A DNA stretch of 64,000 bases from an uncultured delta proteobacterium. GTDB lineage: Bacteria > Myxococcota > Myxococcia > SLRQ01. A program made the translations under genes and the position numbers. The stretch lies in assembly GCA_963727485.1 (NCBI GenBank), contig CAVSGM010000003.1, forward strand, positions 384,001 to 448,000, given 5' to 3'. The notes below the pieces were generated by a model. The model saw only the letters and a program-made list of their open reading frames with translations, ran no database searches and had not been told where the DNA came from. How positions within the stretch are numbered: the first letter of the stretch is position 1; the number at the start of each line of letters is the position of its first letter. Positions 49,600 through 60,512 of this stretch are shown piece after piece.

Positions 49600-51210
49600 A
49601 TGTCCGACCTGCATCGCCTGTCCGTCCTGCGTTGCCTCCGCCTCGCGCCCCTGGTGGCCGCGGCGCTCCTCCTCGCCCCCGCCGCCGCCCGGGCCGACCA
49701 GACCCTCACCTTCGACGCCGACGTCCCCGCCTCGGCCCCGGACACCTTCGACGTGCCCTTCCAGGTCCCCGCGGGGATCGTGGAGATCGAGGTCGACCAC
49801 ACCGACGGCTCGAACCGGAACATCCTCGACTGGGGCCTCGAGGATCCCGACGGCTTCCGGGGCTGGGGCGGGGGCAACGCCGAGCCGGCCATCGTCGGCG
49901 TCGACCGCGCCTCCCGCAGCTACCTCCCGGGCCCCATCACCCCGGGCACCTGGAAGGTGGTCGTGGGCAAGGCCCAAATCCTCGACCCGCCCGGGCACTA
50001 CCACCTCGTGGTCACCCTCCGGACCCAGGCGACCCTGGCGCCCCAGCCCGAGCGGGCGCCCTACACGCCGGTCGCCGCGCTGGAGACCGGGGCGAGGTGG
50101 TACCAGGGCGACTTCCACGTCCACAGCCGGGAGAGCGGCGACGCCTCGGCGACCCTCGACGACATCGCCACCTTCGCCCGGGGCCGGGGCCTCGACTTCG
50201 TGGAGATCTCCGACCACAACACCGTCAGCCAGCTCGACTACTTCGACGCGGTGCAGGCGCGGCACCCCCACCTGCTCCTGGTCCCCGGCGAGGAGTGGAC
50301 GACCTACCACGGGCACGCCAACGCCATCGGCGTCACCCGCTACGTGAACCATCGGCTGGGGGTGGACGGGGTCACGGTGGACACCGCCGCCGCCGACGTC
50401 CGGGCCCAGGGGGGCCTGTTCTCCATCGACCACCCGATGCTGAACCTGGGGCGCATCTGCATCGGCTGCCCCTGGACCCTGCCGACGCCCACGCCCCTCG
50501 ACGGGGTGGAGATCGAGAACGGGGGCCTCAAGGAGACCGCGGGGATCTTCACCAAGGACAGCCTCGCCTTCTGGGACACCCTCTGCGCCGGGGGCCGGCA
50601 CCTCGCGGCCCTCGGGGGCTCCGACGACCACCACGGCGGTGCCGGGGGCGGGAGCTTCTACAGCCCCATCGCCGATCCCACGACCATGGTCTACGCGCAG
50701 GCCCTCGACGTGCAGTCGATCCTCGACGCGGTCCGCGCCGGCCACACGGTGGTCAAGCTCCAGGGCCCCGGCGATCCCATGATCGAGCTCACCGCCGGGG
50801 ACGCCATGGTGGGCGACACGGTCCACGCCGACGCGGTGACCCTCAAGGTGAAGGTCGAAGGCGGCCAGGGCGACACCCTCCACCTGGTGCGCAACGGCGG
50901 CCTCGACGGCACCGTCATCCCCATCGACGCGGATCCCTTCGTGGTGACCCGGAGGGTGTCGGCGCCGGCCACCGGCGAGGACCGGTGGCGGGCGGAGGTG
51001 TGGGAGAGCGACAACCTCCCCCACACGGTCACCAGCCACCTGTGGATCGCCGCGGCCGCCGGCGACGCGGGGGCTGGCGCGGGCGGCGCCGGGGGGTGCG
51101 GGTGCGGCGCGGTCCCCGGGGCCGGCCGGGCGGATGCGGCGCTGGTGCTCCTGGCCGCCATCGCCCTGGGCCTCGGGGTTCGGCGCCGGCGGCGCCCGTC
51201 GATCCCCTAG
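49600..51210 (+). CDS. PHP-fold (CehA/McbA-like) metallohydrolase with a MYXO-CTERM-like anchor
   Basis: Signal peptide; GDFHVHS, SDHN, GHAN, IDHP, GGSDDH; tail GGCGCG...LVLLAAIALGLGVRRRRR. Confidence 0.85.
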   Translation: MSDLHRLSVLRCLRLAPLVAAALLLAPAAARADQTLTFDADVPASAPDTFDVPFQVPAGIVEIEVDHTDGSNRNILDWGLEDPDGFRGWGGGNAEPAIVGVDRASRSYLPGPITPGTWKVVVGKAQILDPPGHYHLVVTLRTQATLAPQPERAPYTPVAALETGARWYQGDFHVHSRESGDASATLDDIATFARGRGLDFVEISDHNTVSQLDYFDAVQARHPHLLLVPGEEWTTYHGHANAIGVTRYVNHRLGVDGVTVDTAAADVRAQGGLFSIDHPMLNLGRICIGCPWTLPTPTPLDGVEIENGGLKETAGIFTKDSLAFWDTLCAGGRHLAALGGSDDHHGGAGGGSFYSPIADPTTMVYAQALDVQSILDAVRAGHTVVKLQGPGDPMIELTAGDAMVGDTVHADAVTLKVKVEGGQGDTLHLVRNGGLDGTVIPIDADPFVVTRRVSAPATGEDRWRAEVWESDNLPHTVTSHLWIAAAAGDAGAGAGGAGGCGCGAVPGAGRADAALVLLAAIALGLGVRRRRRPSIP

Positions 51211-51716
51211 GCGGCCTGGGTCTGGCCGCTGGGCGCCGCGTCGGCGGCCGCCGGGGCCTCGGGCCGCCGCCCGCGCCACCACCAATCGAGGAGCCGGTCC
51301 ACCGACAGCGGCCCGGCGCCGGCGACGGCGAGCCAGACGAAGAGGACGATGAGCAGGTACTCGGAGAGCATGAAGAAGTCCGAGGGGCTCGAGACGTCGG
51401 CCCACTTGGCGGTGACGATGGCCACCACCATGGTGCCGATGAGGGGCAGGGCCGCGATCCGGGTGAGCACCCCGAGGAGGACGGCGGTGCCGCACACCAG
51501 CTCGAGGGTCGCCACCATCGGTGCCTGCAGGTGGGCGGCGGGGATCCCCAGGCTCTGGAAGTAGCCGATGACCCGGTCCAGGTGGTGGAGCTTGCCCCAG
51601 CCGGAGAGGATGAAGATCCAGCCGATGCTGATCCGGGCCACCGTCGGCGGGAGCCAGGTCAGGCGGCGGGCGAGGGCGAGAACGACGCTTCGGGTCCGGT
51701 CGACGAGGGCGGGCAT
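51207..51716 (-). CDS. DoxX family membrane protein
   Basis: RISIGWIF..SGWGKL, ELVCG....LG..TR, GAGPLSVD; GGAGG RBS. Confidence 0.9.
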   Translation of the reverse strand: MPALVDRTRSVVLALARRLTWLPPTVARISIGWIFILSGWGKLHHLDRVIGYFQSLGIPAAHLQAPMVATLELVCGTAVLLGVLTRIAALPLIGTMVVAIVTAKWADVSSPSDFFMLSEYLLIVLFVWLAVAGAGPLSVDRLLDWWWRGRRPEAPAAADAAPSGQTQAA

Positions 51717-51808
51717 GGGGCCTCCAGGCAGCGGGTCGGGCGACGCCCTGGACTTGGTCCGCTGCCGGCCGGCGGTTACGCGCGCCCGCCGCCCGACCTC
51801 GCGCGCGA

Positions 51809-53645
51809 TCACGGGCCGTGGACGATGGTGCCGCTGTCGCCCACGGCGAAGACCTCGCCGTTGGGCGCCGCCCAGATGGCGTTGAGCCCGGGCGTCGACG
51901 CCGGCAGCGTCTCCTTCACCCACCCGGTGCCGTCCCACGCCTCCAGGTAGCCGCCCGAGCTGCCGTAGCCCGAGGCGAAGACCCGGTTGGTGGCGGTGCC
52001 GGAGATCCCGGTGAGCGAGCCCCCCTGGCCGGTGGTCGTCAGGCTCCAGGTGCTGCCGTCGTAGTGCTCCACGTCGCTGCCGTCGACGAGGAAGACGTCT
52101 GTGGGGCTCGTGGCCCAGAGGGCGAAGGCGTCGGGCTGGGGCGTGGTCACCTTGGCGAGGCCGGTGCCGTCGTAGTGCAGGAGGACGCCGGCTCCCCAGT
52201 AGACGTCGGTCTTGGAGAAGGCCCAGAGGCTGTCGCCGTTGGCGTTGGGGTAGAGGGCGAGGGTGGCGAGGACCGTCTCGGTGGTGCCCTGGACCTCCTC
52301 GAGCTTCGGGGCCTGGTAGCAGCAGGCGGTCCACCCCGCGAGGAGCACGTCGCCCGGTCCCAGGACGGTGAGGCCCACCGGCGCGAGGGCGTCGAAGGCG
52401 GTGCTGGTGAGCACCGACGACCAGCTGGTGCCGTCGAAGTGGAAGAGCTGCACCGTGGAGCTGCTCACCTGGGCGATGGCATAGACGTCGGTGGCGCTGG
52501 TGCCGTCGATGGCCCAGATCTGCCCCGAGGTCGGGGACTGGACCTTCCAGGCGCTGCCGTTGAAGTGCACCAAGGCGCCGCTGTAGCCCCCGGCCCACAC
52601 GTTGTTGGCGCTGGAGCCCCACACGGTGGTGAGGTTCCGGCTGGTGTTGCTCACCATGGTGGTCCAGCCCGAGGCCTTGCAGGCGCCGTTGACGCAGCCG
52701 CTGGCGCAGGGGACGAAGGTGGAGGCGTAGCTGCACGACCCCGCGGCGCAGGTGCCGGTGGCCTCGAAGATCACGGCGGTGTTGGCGTCCTGGCACGTGC
52801 TCGGCGGCGGGGCGTCGCAGACGACCGGCACGCCCCTGCACACCCCGGTGTTGCAGGTGTCGCCGGTGGTGCAGGCGTCGCCGTCGTCGCAGGTGACGCC
52901 GTCGGCGTAGGGGTAGGTGCAGCTGCCCGCGGCGCAGGTGCCGGCGGTGCCGTAGCACACCGAGGGAGGGGTGTTGCAGGTCATGGAGGCGCAGGGGTCG
53001 GTCTGGCAGGCGTTGTTCACGCAGCCGCCACCGGTGCACTGGAGGGTCTTCTTGGTGTAGGTGCAGCGCCCGCCCTGGCAGACGCCGGTCTGGTCGTAGG
53101 TGGACAGCTCGGTGCCCGAGAGGCACGCCGGCGCCGGCGGGGTGTTGCACACCATGGCGGTGCCGGCGCAGACGCCGCCGGTGCAGGTGTCCTGGACGGT
53201 GCAGGGGTCGCCGTCGTCGCAGGTGGCGCCGTCGACCACCGGGTAGACGCAGGCGCCGCTGACGCAGGTGCCCTGGATCGCGTGGCAGGCGTCGGGCGGC
53301 GTGTCGCAGGGGCCGCAGGTGGGGCCGCCGTCGGTCGCGGTGCCGCCGTCGGTGACCGTGCCGCCGTCGGTGACCGTGCCGCCGTCGGTCGCCGGTCCCG
53401 CCATCGGGGACGGTTCCGCCGTCACGCGTGGTCCCCCCATCGGTGACCGCGCCGCCGTCGGTGCCGGTCCCGCCGTCGGTCGTCCCGCCGGCCGGGGTGA
53501 CGCAGGTGCCGCTCTCACAGGTGAGCCCGGCCTGGCAGCCGTGGCTGGGCCCGCAGCTCGCCCCGGGCCCGGCGGCGACGGTGGCGCCGCAGGCGGCGAG
53601 GAGGGAGGCGGTGGCGAGGGCGAGGACGAGGCGCGGCGAGGGCAT
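51809..53645 (-). CDS. Cys-rich repeat lipoprotein with a C-terminal beta-propeller; frameshift near 53392
   Basis: Lipobox LAAC; DGG hexapeptide repeats; CDDGD(P/A)CT..DTC repeats; VWGSSANNVWA.G..G..VHFNG..W propeller repeats. Confidence 0.8.
53323..53490 (-). repeat. 18-bp coding tandem repeat (TDGGTV-type)
   Basis: Repeated GTGCCGCCGTCGGTGACC units with degenerate copies. Confidence 0.7.
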
Positions 53646-53716
53646 GGTCACTCCGGGCATCCGTGGAAGCCTGCGACCCTACGGAGCCGCCCCCGCATCT
53701 GGCAAGGGCCACGGCG

Positions 53717-54085
53717 TCAGCGCTTCACGAACGCGACCCAGGCGAAGATCGCCCAGCCCACCAAGAACCCCACGCCCCCCAGCGGCGTGATCGCCCCGAG
53801 CCAGCGGATGCCGGTCAGCGCCAGGAGGTAGAGGCTCCCGCTGAAGAGCACGATGCCGATGAGCATCGCCCACCCGGCGGGGTTCGCCCGGGCGCCGGCG
53901 ACGGTGCACAGCCAGGCGACGGCGATGAGCCCCAGCGCGTGGTACATCTCGTAGCGCGCCCCGGTCTCGAAGACCTCGAGCATGTCCGGGGACAGCTTGC
54001 CCTTGAGGCCGTGGGCGGCGAAGGCCCCGGCGGCGACGGCGAGGAAGGCGTTGACGGCGCCGAGCCCGGCGAAGATGCGTTCCAT
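53717..54085 (-). CDS. DUF423 (YgdD/TMEM256) membrane protein
   Basis: GAFAAHGL, FETGARY.MYH, LFSGSLY, GAITPLGG. Confidence 0.92.
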   Translation of the reverse strand: MERIFAGLGAVNAFLAVAAGAFAAHGLKGKLSPDMLEVFETGARYEMYHALGLIAVAWLCTVAGARANPAGWAMLIGIVLFSGSLYLLALTGIRWLGAITPLGGVGFLVGWAIFAWVAFVKR

Positions 54086-54253
54086 GGGCGCGGTCCTATC
54101 ACGGGCGGCGGGGCGGGTCGCCCCCGGGGGGTCTTTGACATCCCCGGATCCCCGCCTTAAATCGCCCCCGGACCGACGGGCGCTCCGGGCCCGTCCTTGA
54201 CGCTCCGGAGGGCGCAAGGTAATCGAAGCGCCCCGGCATCCCGGCTCCGCGAC

Positions 54254-55291
54254 ATGGCCTCCGATCCCCACCCCGCAGGCGGCGCCCCGAAGGCGCCCTC
54301 CGACGCGACCCGGGGCCGGTCAGCGGGCGCGGCTCGCCGCGGTGCGTCAACCCGGCCGCGCCTCCCCGAGTGGTTCAAGGTCCCTCTGCCCGGCGGCGAG
54401 CGCTACGCCGGCCTCAAGGACATGCTCCGGGGCCTCAAGCTCCACACGGTCTGCGAGGAGGCCCACTGCCCCAACATCGGGGAGTGCTGGAACGGCGGCA
54501 CCGCCACCATCATGGTCCTCGGCGAGACCTGCACCCGGGGCTGCCGGTTCTGCGCGGTGAGCACCGGCAACCCCCACGGCGTCCTCGATCCCGACGAGCC
54601 CGAGAACACCGCCGTCGCCGTCGAGCGCATGGGCTTCGAGTACGTGGTCATCACCAGCGTCGACCGGGACGACCTCGAGGACTACGGCGCCGACCACTAC
54701 GGCCGGGTCATCGAGGCCATCAAGACCCGCACCCCGCACGTGCGCGTCGAGGTCCTCACCCCCGACTTCCAGGGGCGCCCCGAGTCCATCCAGCGGGTGG
54801 TCGACGCCGGCCCCGACGTCTTCGCCCACAACCTGGAGACCGTGCGCCGCCTCCACCGCCGGGTCCGCGACGTCCGGGCGAAGTACGACCAGTCCCTCGA
54901 GGTGCTGCGGCTGGCCAAGGAGGCGGGAGCGCGGTTCACCAAGAGCGCGGTGATGGTCGGCCTCGGGGAGACCCGGGACGAGGTCCTCGAGGCCATGGGC
55001 GACATGCGCGGGGTCGGCGTGGAGCTCCTCACCATCGGCCAGTACCTGCGCCCCTCGAGCAAGCACATCGCCGTGGACCGGTTCTGGACCCCCGAGGAGT
55101 TCGCGGACCTCGAGCGCGAGGGGCTGGCCATGGGCTACCGCTACGTGGCCTCGGGGCCGCTGGTGCGCTCGAGCTACCGGGCCGGCGAGTTCTTCATCAA
55201 GGCGCTCCTCGATCGTGAGGCCCCGATCCCCGCCCGCCCCCGCGCCGCCTGCCCGTCGTCCCCTGATCGGAGAGACCGATGCCGGAGATGA
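54254..55291 (+). CDS. lipA: Lipoyl synthase
   Basis: CEEAHCPNIGEC, CTRGCRFC, RSSY; the extreme C-terminus may be frameshifted (alternative end RRLPVVP-stop at 55266). Confidence 0.96.
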   Translation: MASDPHPAGGAPKAPSDATRGRSAGAARRGASTRPRLPEWFKVPLPGGERYAGLKDMLRGLKLHTVCEEAHCPNIGECWNGGTATIMVLGETCTRGCRFCAVSTGNPHGVLDPDEPENTAVAVERMGFEYVVITSVDRDDLEDYGADHYGRVIEAIKTRTPHVRVEVLTPDFQGRPESIQRVVDAGPDVFAHNLETVRRLHRRVRDVRAKYDQSLEVLRLAKEAGARFTKSAVMVGLGETRDEVLEAMGDMRGVGVELLTIGQYLRPSSKHIAVDRFWTPEEFADLEREGLAMGYRYVASGPLVRSSYRAGEFFIKALLDREAPIPARPRAACPSSPDRRDRCRR

Positions 55292-56256
55292 ACATCATCC
55301 AGGCGGTGAACAGCGCCCTCGACGGAGCCCTGGCGGCCGACGAGCGGGTGCTGGTCCTCGGTGAGGACGTGGGGAAGTTCGGCGGGGTGTTCCGGGCGAC
55401 GACGGGCCTCTACCAGAAGTACGGCGCCGAGCGGGTCATCGACACCCCGCTGGCCGAAGGCGGCATCATCGCCAGCGCCATCGGCATGGCCCTCTACGGG
55501 ATGCGGCCGGTGGCGGAGATCCAGTTCTCCGACTTCATCTACCCGGGCTTCGACCAGATCGTCTCCGAGCTCGCCAAGCTGCGCTTCCGCTCCGGGGGCC
55601 AGTACCCGGCGCCGGTGGTGGTGCGCACGCCGGTCGGCGGCGGGATCAAGGGCGGGCTCTACCACTCCCAGAGCCCCGAGGCCTACTTCTGCCACACCGC
55701 CGGGCTCACGGTGGTCGCCCCGTCCAACCCCTACGACGCCAAGGGGCTGCTGGCCTCCGCCATCGCCAGCGAGGACCCGGTGATCTTCATGGAGCCCAAG
55801 CGGGTCTACCGGGCGAGCAAGGGCGAGGTCCCCGTCGAGCCCTACACCATCCCCATTGGCCAGGCGGCGGTGGTGACCGAGGGGAACGACGCCACGGTGC
55901 TCGCCTGGGGCGCCATGGTCCACGAGGCCATGGAGGCGGTGGACACCGTGCAGCAGGAAGACGGCGTCGCCATCGACCTCATCGACCTGCGGACCCTGGT
56001 GCCGCTGGACATCGACACCATCGTGGAGTCGGTGTCGCGCACCGGGCGGCTGGTGGTGGTGCACGAGGCCCCGCGCACCGCCGGCTACGGCGCCGAGATC
56101 GTGTCGCTCATCGCCGACAAGTGCTTCGACCGGCTCCTGGCGCCGCCCACGCGGGTCACCGGCTTCGACACGCCCTTCCCCTACGCCCTCGAGATGGACT
56201 ACCTCCCCCGCGCACCCCGGATCGCCGCCGGCCTCCGCCGGGTGCTCGCCCACTGA
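55279..56256 (+). CDS. 2-oxoacid dehydrogenase E1 beta subunit
   Basis: GEDVG..GGVFRAT, DTPLAE, EIQFSDF, YHSQSPE, IDLRTL.P.D. Confidence 0.95.
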   Translation: MPEMNIIQAVNSALDGALAADERVLVLGEDVGKFGGVFRATTGLYQKYGAERVIDTPLAEGGIIASAIGMALYGMRPVAEIQFSDFIYPGFDQIVSELAKLRFRSGGQYPAPVVVRTPVGGGIKGGLYHSQSPEAYFCHTAGLTVVAPSNPYDAKGLLASAIASEDPVIFMEPKRVYRASKGEVPVEPYTIPIGQAAVVTEGNDATVLAWGAMVHEAMEAVDTVQQEDGVAIDLIDLRTLVPLDIDTIVESVSRTGRLVVVHEAPRTAGYGAEIVSLIADKCFDRLLAPPTRVTGFDTPFPYALEMDYLPRAPRIAAGLRRVLAH

Positions 56257-56276
56257 TACGGAAACGGAGCCCTCCC

Positions 56277-57770
56277 ATGGCCTACGAGTTCAAGCTGCCC
56301 GACCTGGGCGAAGGTGTCGTCGAAGGCGAGATCGTCAAGTGGCTGGTGTCGAAGGGTGACACCGTCGCCGAGGATCAGCCGCTGGTCGAGATCATGACCG
56401 ACAAGGCGACCGTCTCCATCCCCTCGCCGGTGGCCGGGACCGTCGCCGAGATCAAGGGCAGCGAGGGGGACGTGGTCGAGGTCGGCCAGACCATGATCGT
56501 CATCGACGCCGGCGGCGCCGGGGCGGCCAAGGCCGAGCCCAAGGCCGAGCCCAAGGCCGAGCCGAAGGCCGAGGAGGACCCCGCGCCCAAGCAGGCGCAG
56601 GACCCCGCGCCGAAGGCCGAGGCGAAGCCCGCGCCTTCGAAGAACGGCGCCCAGGCCGCCGAGGCCTCGCCGGAGACCCGGCCCTCCGAGGCCGCCGCCC
56701 ACGTCCACGAGGACACCCCGCCGGCGCGGCTGGTCCACGGGCTGCCCACCCGGAGCACCTCGCCCCTCGCCGGTCGCATCCGCCCGGCGCCCCCGCGCGC
56801 CGCCGCCGCCGCCCCCGCCGAGACCTCCGCGGCCCGGGTCCTGGCGAGCCCCGCGGTGCGCCGCCGGGCCCGGGAGATGGGCGTCGACCTCGCCGCCGTC
56901 GCGGGCAGTGGCGAGGCGGGCCGGGTCACCGCCGCCGACCTCCAGCGCGCCGCCCAGAATGGTCACGGGAACGGCGCCGCCTCCAGCAACGGCGCCGCGC
57001 CGGCCAAGAAGGCCGCGCCGAAGCCCCCCTACAACCTGCCCCCGGGCGTCTCCGCCCCGCCTGAGGGCGGTGAGGCGCGCATCCCCCTGCGCGGCCTGCG
57101 CAAGCGCATCGCCGAGAAGATGCAGCAGTCCAAGAACACCGCGGCGCACTTCACCTTCGTGGAGGAGGTGGACATGCGCAAGCTGGTGAAGCTGCGCGCC
57201 GAGCTCAAGGAGACCGCGGCGGCCGAGGGCGTGAAGCTCACCTACATCCCCTTCTTCGTGAAGGCGGCGGTGGAGGGGCTCAAGCGCCACCCCCAGCTCA
57301 ACATCACCCTCGACGAGAAGACCCACGAGCTGGTCTACCGCGGCTACTACAACATCGGCATGGCGGTGGCGACCGACCGCGGCCTCATCGCCCCGGTGAT
57401 CAAGAACGCCGAGCACCTCTCGCTCCTGGGCATCGCCCGGGAGCTCGATCGCCTCGCCACCGCCGCCCGTGAGGGCACCATCGGCGTCGACGATCTCCAG
57501 CACTCGACCTTCACCATCACCAGCCTCGGCGCCCAGGGCGGCCTCTTCGCCACCCCGGTCATCAACTTCCCCGAGGTGGCGATCATGGGCATCCACCAGA
57601 TCAAGGACACGCCCATCGTGGAGGACGGGGAGATCATCCCGGGCAAGGTGATGCTCCTCTCGCTCTCGTTCGATCACCGCCTGGTCGACGGGCACGTGGG
57701 CGCGGCGTTTGCCTACGAGGTCATCCACCTCCTCGAGAACCCCGAGCGGCTCTTCCTGGAGCTCAAGTGA
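56277..57770 (+). CDS. Dihydrolipoamide acyltransferase E2 (single lipoyl domain)
   Basis: LPDLGEG, TDKA lipoyl Lys, ASPAVRRRARE, DHRLVDG. Confidence 0.95.
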   Translation: MAYEFKLPDLGEGVVEGEIVKWLVSKGDTVAEDQPLVEIMTDKATVSIPSPVAGTVAEIKGSEGDVVEVGQTMIVIDAGGAGAAKAEPKAEPKAEPKAEEDPAPKQAQDPAPKAEAKPAPSKNGAQAAEASPETRPSEAAAHVHEDTPPARLVHGLPTRSTSPLAGRIRPAPPRAAAAAPAETSAARVLASPAVRRRAREMGVDLAAVAGSGEAGRVTAADLQRAAQNGHGNGAASSNGAAPAKKAAPKPPYNLPPGVSAPPEGGEARIPLRGLRKRIAEKMQQSKNTAAHFTFVEEVDMRKLVKLRAELKETAAAEGVKLTYIPFFVKAAVEGLKRHPQLNITLDEKTHELVYRGYYNIGMAVATDRGLIAPVIKNAEHLSLLGIARELDRLATAAREGTIGVDDLQHSTFTITSLGAQGGLFATPVINFPEVAIMGIHQIKDTPIVEDGEIIPGKVMLLSLSFDHRLVDGHVGAAFAYEVIHLLENPERLFLELK

Positions 57771-59077
57771 GCCCGGCGGCGGCCAAGAAGAAGCCGGTCG
57801 CGGCCAAGAAGAAGGCCGCCGCGAAGAAGCCGGCCCAGGCCAAGAAGGCCGCGACCAGGAAGAAGCCCGTCGCCAAGAAGCGGGCGCCGGCGCGCAAGCA
57901 GGCCGCCGCCCCCCACCGCCGCACCGCCGCCGACGTGATGGCGCCGCTCGACACCGTCCCCCGCCTCGAGGCCGTCGAGACTCCGGGTGTCACCACCTTC
58001 GGCCTGGTGGACCCCACCGGCAAGCCCACGGTCAAGGACCCCTTCAAGGCCGCGGGCCTCAAGCCCGCCCGGGCGCTGGCCATCTACCGCTCCATGCGCC
58101 TGGTCCGGGCCCTCGACGCCCGGATGATGACCCTCCAGCGCCAGGGGCGGGTGGGCTTCTACGGCGCCTGCACCGGGCAGGAGGCGGTGCCGCTCGCCGC
58201 CGCCGAGGCGATGCGCCCCGAGGACTGGATCTACTCGGCGCTCCGCGAGGGCTCGGCGATGCTCCACCGGGGCTACGACCTGAAGACCTACATCTGCCAG
58301 ATCTTCGGCAACTCGGGCGACGCCCTCAAGGGCCGCAACATGCCCAGCCACATGGCCGACCGGGCGGTGAACCAGGTCTCCTGGTCGTCGGTCATCGGCC
58401 CCCAGATCTCCCAGGCGGTGGGCTCGGCGTACGCCGCGCGCCTCAAGGGCGACGAGGTGGTCAGCGTCGCCTTCATGGGCGACGGCGCCACCTCCAGCGC
58501 CGACTTCCACAGCGGCATGAACTTCGCCGCGGTGTGGCAGGTGCCCGCGGTCTTCGTCTGCCAGAACAACAACTGGTCGATCTCGCTGTCCACCGAACGC
58601 CAGACCGCCAGCGCCAGCATCGCCCACAAGGCGCTGGCCTACGGGATGCCCGGCTACCGGGTCGACGGCAACGACGCCTTCGCGGTCTACGCGGCGGTGA
58701 GGGACGCGGTGGAGCGCGCCCGCAAGGGCGGGGGCCCGAGCTTCCTCGAGTGCGTCACCTATCGCATCGGCGCCCACTCCAGCTCCGACGACCCGCGGGT
58801 CTACCGGGACGAGCGCGAGGTCGACGTGTGGAAGCAGCGGGACCCGGTCGACCGGCTCCAGGCGGTGCTGATGCGCACCGGCCACCTCACCAAGGCCGCC
58901 GACGCGAAGATCGCCGAGGAGGCCACGGCGACGGTGACGGCGGCGGCGAAGGCGGCTGAGGCGATGCCCCCGCCGGCGCGGGAGACCCTGTTCACCGATG
59001 TCTACGCCGAGCTCCCCTGGAACCTCAGGGAGCAGCGCTCGGAGCTCTTCTCGATTCAGGACGACAAGCGCGCCTGA
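57767..59077 (+). CDS. 2-oxoacid dehydrogenase E1 alpha (branched-chain-like) with a Lys/Ala-rich N-terminal extension
   Basis: QRQGR.GFY, GQEA, GRNMPSH, GDGATS...NN, YRIGAHSSSDDP; GTGA coupling to E2. Confidence 0.93.
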   Translation: MSPAAAKKKPVAAKKKAAAKKPAQAKKAATRKKPVAKKRAPARKQAAAPHRRTAADVMAPLDTVPRLEAVETPGVTTFGLVDPTGKPTVKDPFKAAGLKPARALAIYRSMRLVRALDARMMTLQRQGRVGFYGACTGQEAVPLAAAEAMRPEDWIYSALREGSAMLHRGYDLKTYICQIFGNSGDALKGRNMPSHMADRAVNQVSWSSVIGPQISQAVGSAYAARLKGDEVVSVAFMGDGATSSADFHSGMNFAAVWQVPAVFVCQNNNWSISLSTERQTASASIAHKALAYGMPGYRVDGNDAFAVYAAVRDAVERARKGGGPSFLECVTYRIGAHSSSDDPRVYRDEREVDVWKQRDPVDRLQAVLMRTGHLTKAADAKIAEEATATVTAAAKAAEAMPPPARETLFTDVYAELPWNLREQRSELFSIQDDKRA

Positions 59078-59100
59078 GGGGCGTGCGCAGGAGGCGAGGG

Positions 59101-60508
59101 ATGGCGCGTTCCTACCAGGCGGTGGTGGTCGGCGGCGGACCGGGGGGCTACGTGGCGGCGATCCGCCTGGGGCAGCTCGGGGTGAAGGCCGCGGTCATCG
59201 AGCGCGAGACCGTGGGCGGGGTGTGCCTCAACTGGGGCTGCATCCCCTCCAAGGCGCTGATCCACGTGGCCCACACGGTCAGCCACCTCAAGGAGGACGG
59301 CGGCACCTTCGGGGTGAGCGCCACCGGGGTGAAGGTCGACATCGACCAGACCCGCAAGTGGAAGGACGGGATCGTCAAGAAGCTCACCGGCGGCGTGGCC
59401 CAGCTCATCAAGGGCAACGGCACCGAGCTCATCGAGGGCGAGGCCACCTTCAAGGGCAAGGGCCGCCTCGAGGTCAAGGGCAAGGACGGCGCCGTCGAGG
59501 AGATCACCTACGAGCAGTGCATCGTCGCCACCGGCGCCCGGGTCATCGAGATCCCCGGCTTCGAGATCGACGGGAAGGACGTGTGGAGCGCCCGGCAGGC
59601 GGTGGACCTCCCGGAGATCCCGAAGAAGCTCACGGTCATCGGCGGCGGGGTCATCGGCCTCGAGCTCGGCACCGTCTACGCCAAGCTCGGCTCCGAGGTC
59701 ACGGTGGTGGAGATGACCGGCGGCCTGCTCCCGGGCACCGACCGGGAGCTGGTGCGCATCGTCGAGCGGCGTCTCAAGAAGCTCGGGGTCAAGGTGATGA
59801 CCGACACCAAGGCCAAGAGCCTCGAGCGCGGGAAGAAGGGCCTGAAGGTCACCGTCACCGGGAAGGACGGCGACCAGACCTTCGACGCGGACAAGGTCCT
59901 GGTGGCCGTGGGCTTCAAGCCCAACGCCGACCGCTTCGGCCTCGAGACCCTGGGCCTCCAGACGGGCCGCGGCGGCGCCATCGTCACCGACGCCCGGATG
60001 CAGACCTCGGTCCCCGGCATCTACGCCATCGGGGATGTCACCGGCGCGCCGTTCCTCGCCCACCGGGCCTTCAAGCAGGGTGAGGTCGCCGCCGAGGCCA
60101 TCGCCGGCAAGGCCTCGGCCTACGACGTGGCGGCGCTCCCGGCGGCGGTGTTCACCGACCCGGAGATCGCCACCACCGGCATGACCGAGGAGGAGGCGAA
60201 GGCCGCGGGCTACGAGGTGAAGATCGGCAAGTTCATGTTCGCGCGCCAACGGCCGGGCGCTGGGGACCGCCGAGGCCAACGGCTTCGTGAAGACCGTGGT
60301 CGACGCCGACGAGGGGGTCATCCTCGGGGTCCACATCGTGGGCCCGAACGCCTCCGAGCTCATCGGCGAGGGGACGCTCGCCATCGAGATGGGCGCCGTC
60401 GCCGAGGACCTGGGCCTGACCATCCACACCCACCCGACCCTCTCCGAGGCCCTCCAGGAGGCGACCCTCCAGGCCATCGGCGAGGCGGTCCACGCGATGA
60501 ACAAGTAG
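59101..60508 (+). CDS. lpdA: Dihydrolipoyl dehydrogenase E3; frameshift near 60244
   Basis: [28 protein letters not shown]-terminal ANGRA...HPTLSE in a shifted frame. Confidence 0.95.
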
Positions 60509-60512
60509 CGCC

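Noticed and set aside
51207..53660. 817-aa ORF fusing a Cys-rich lipoprotein start to DoxX
   Set aside because: It results from the frameshift near 53392. DoxX has its own RBS and ATG at 51716.
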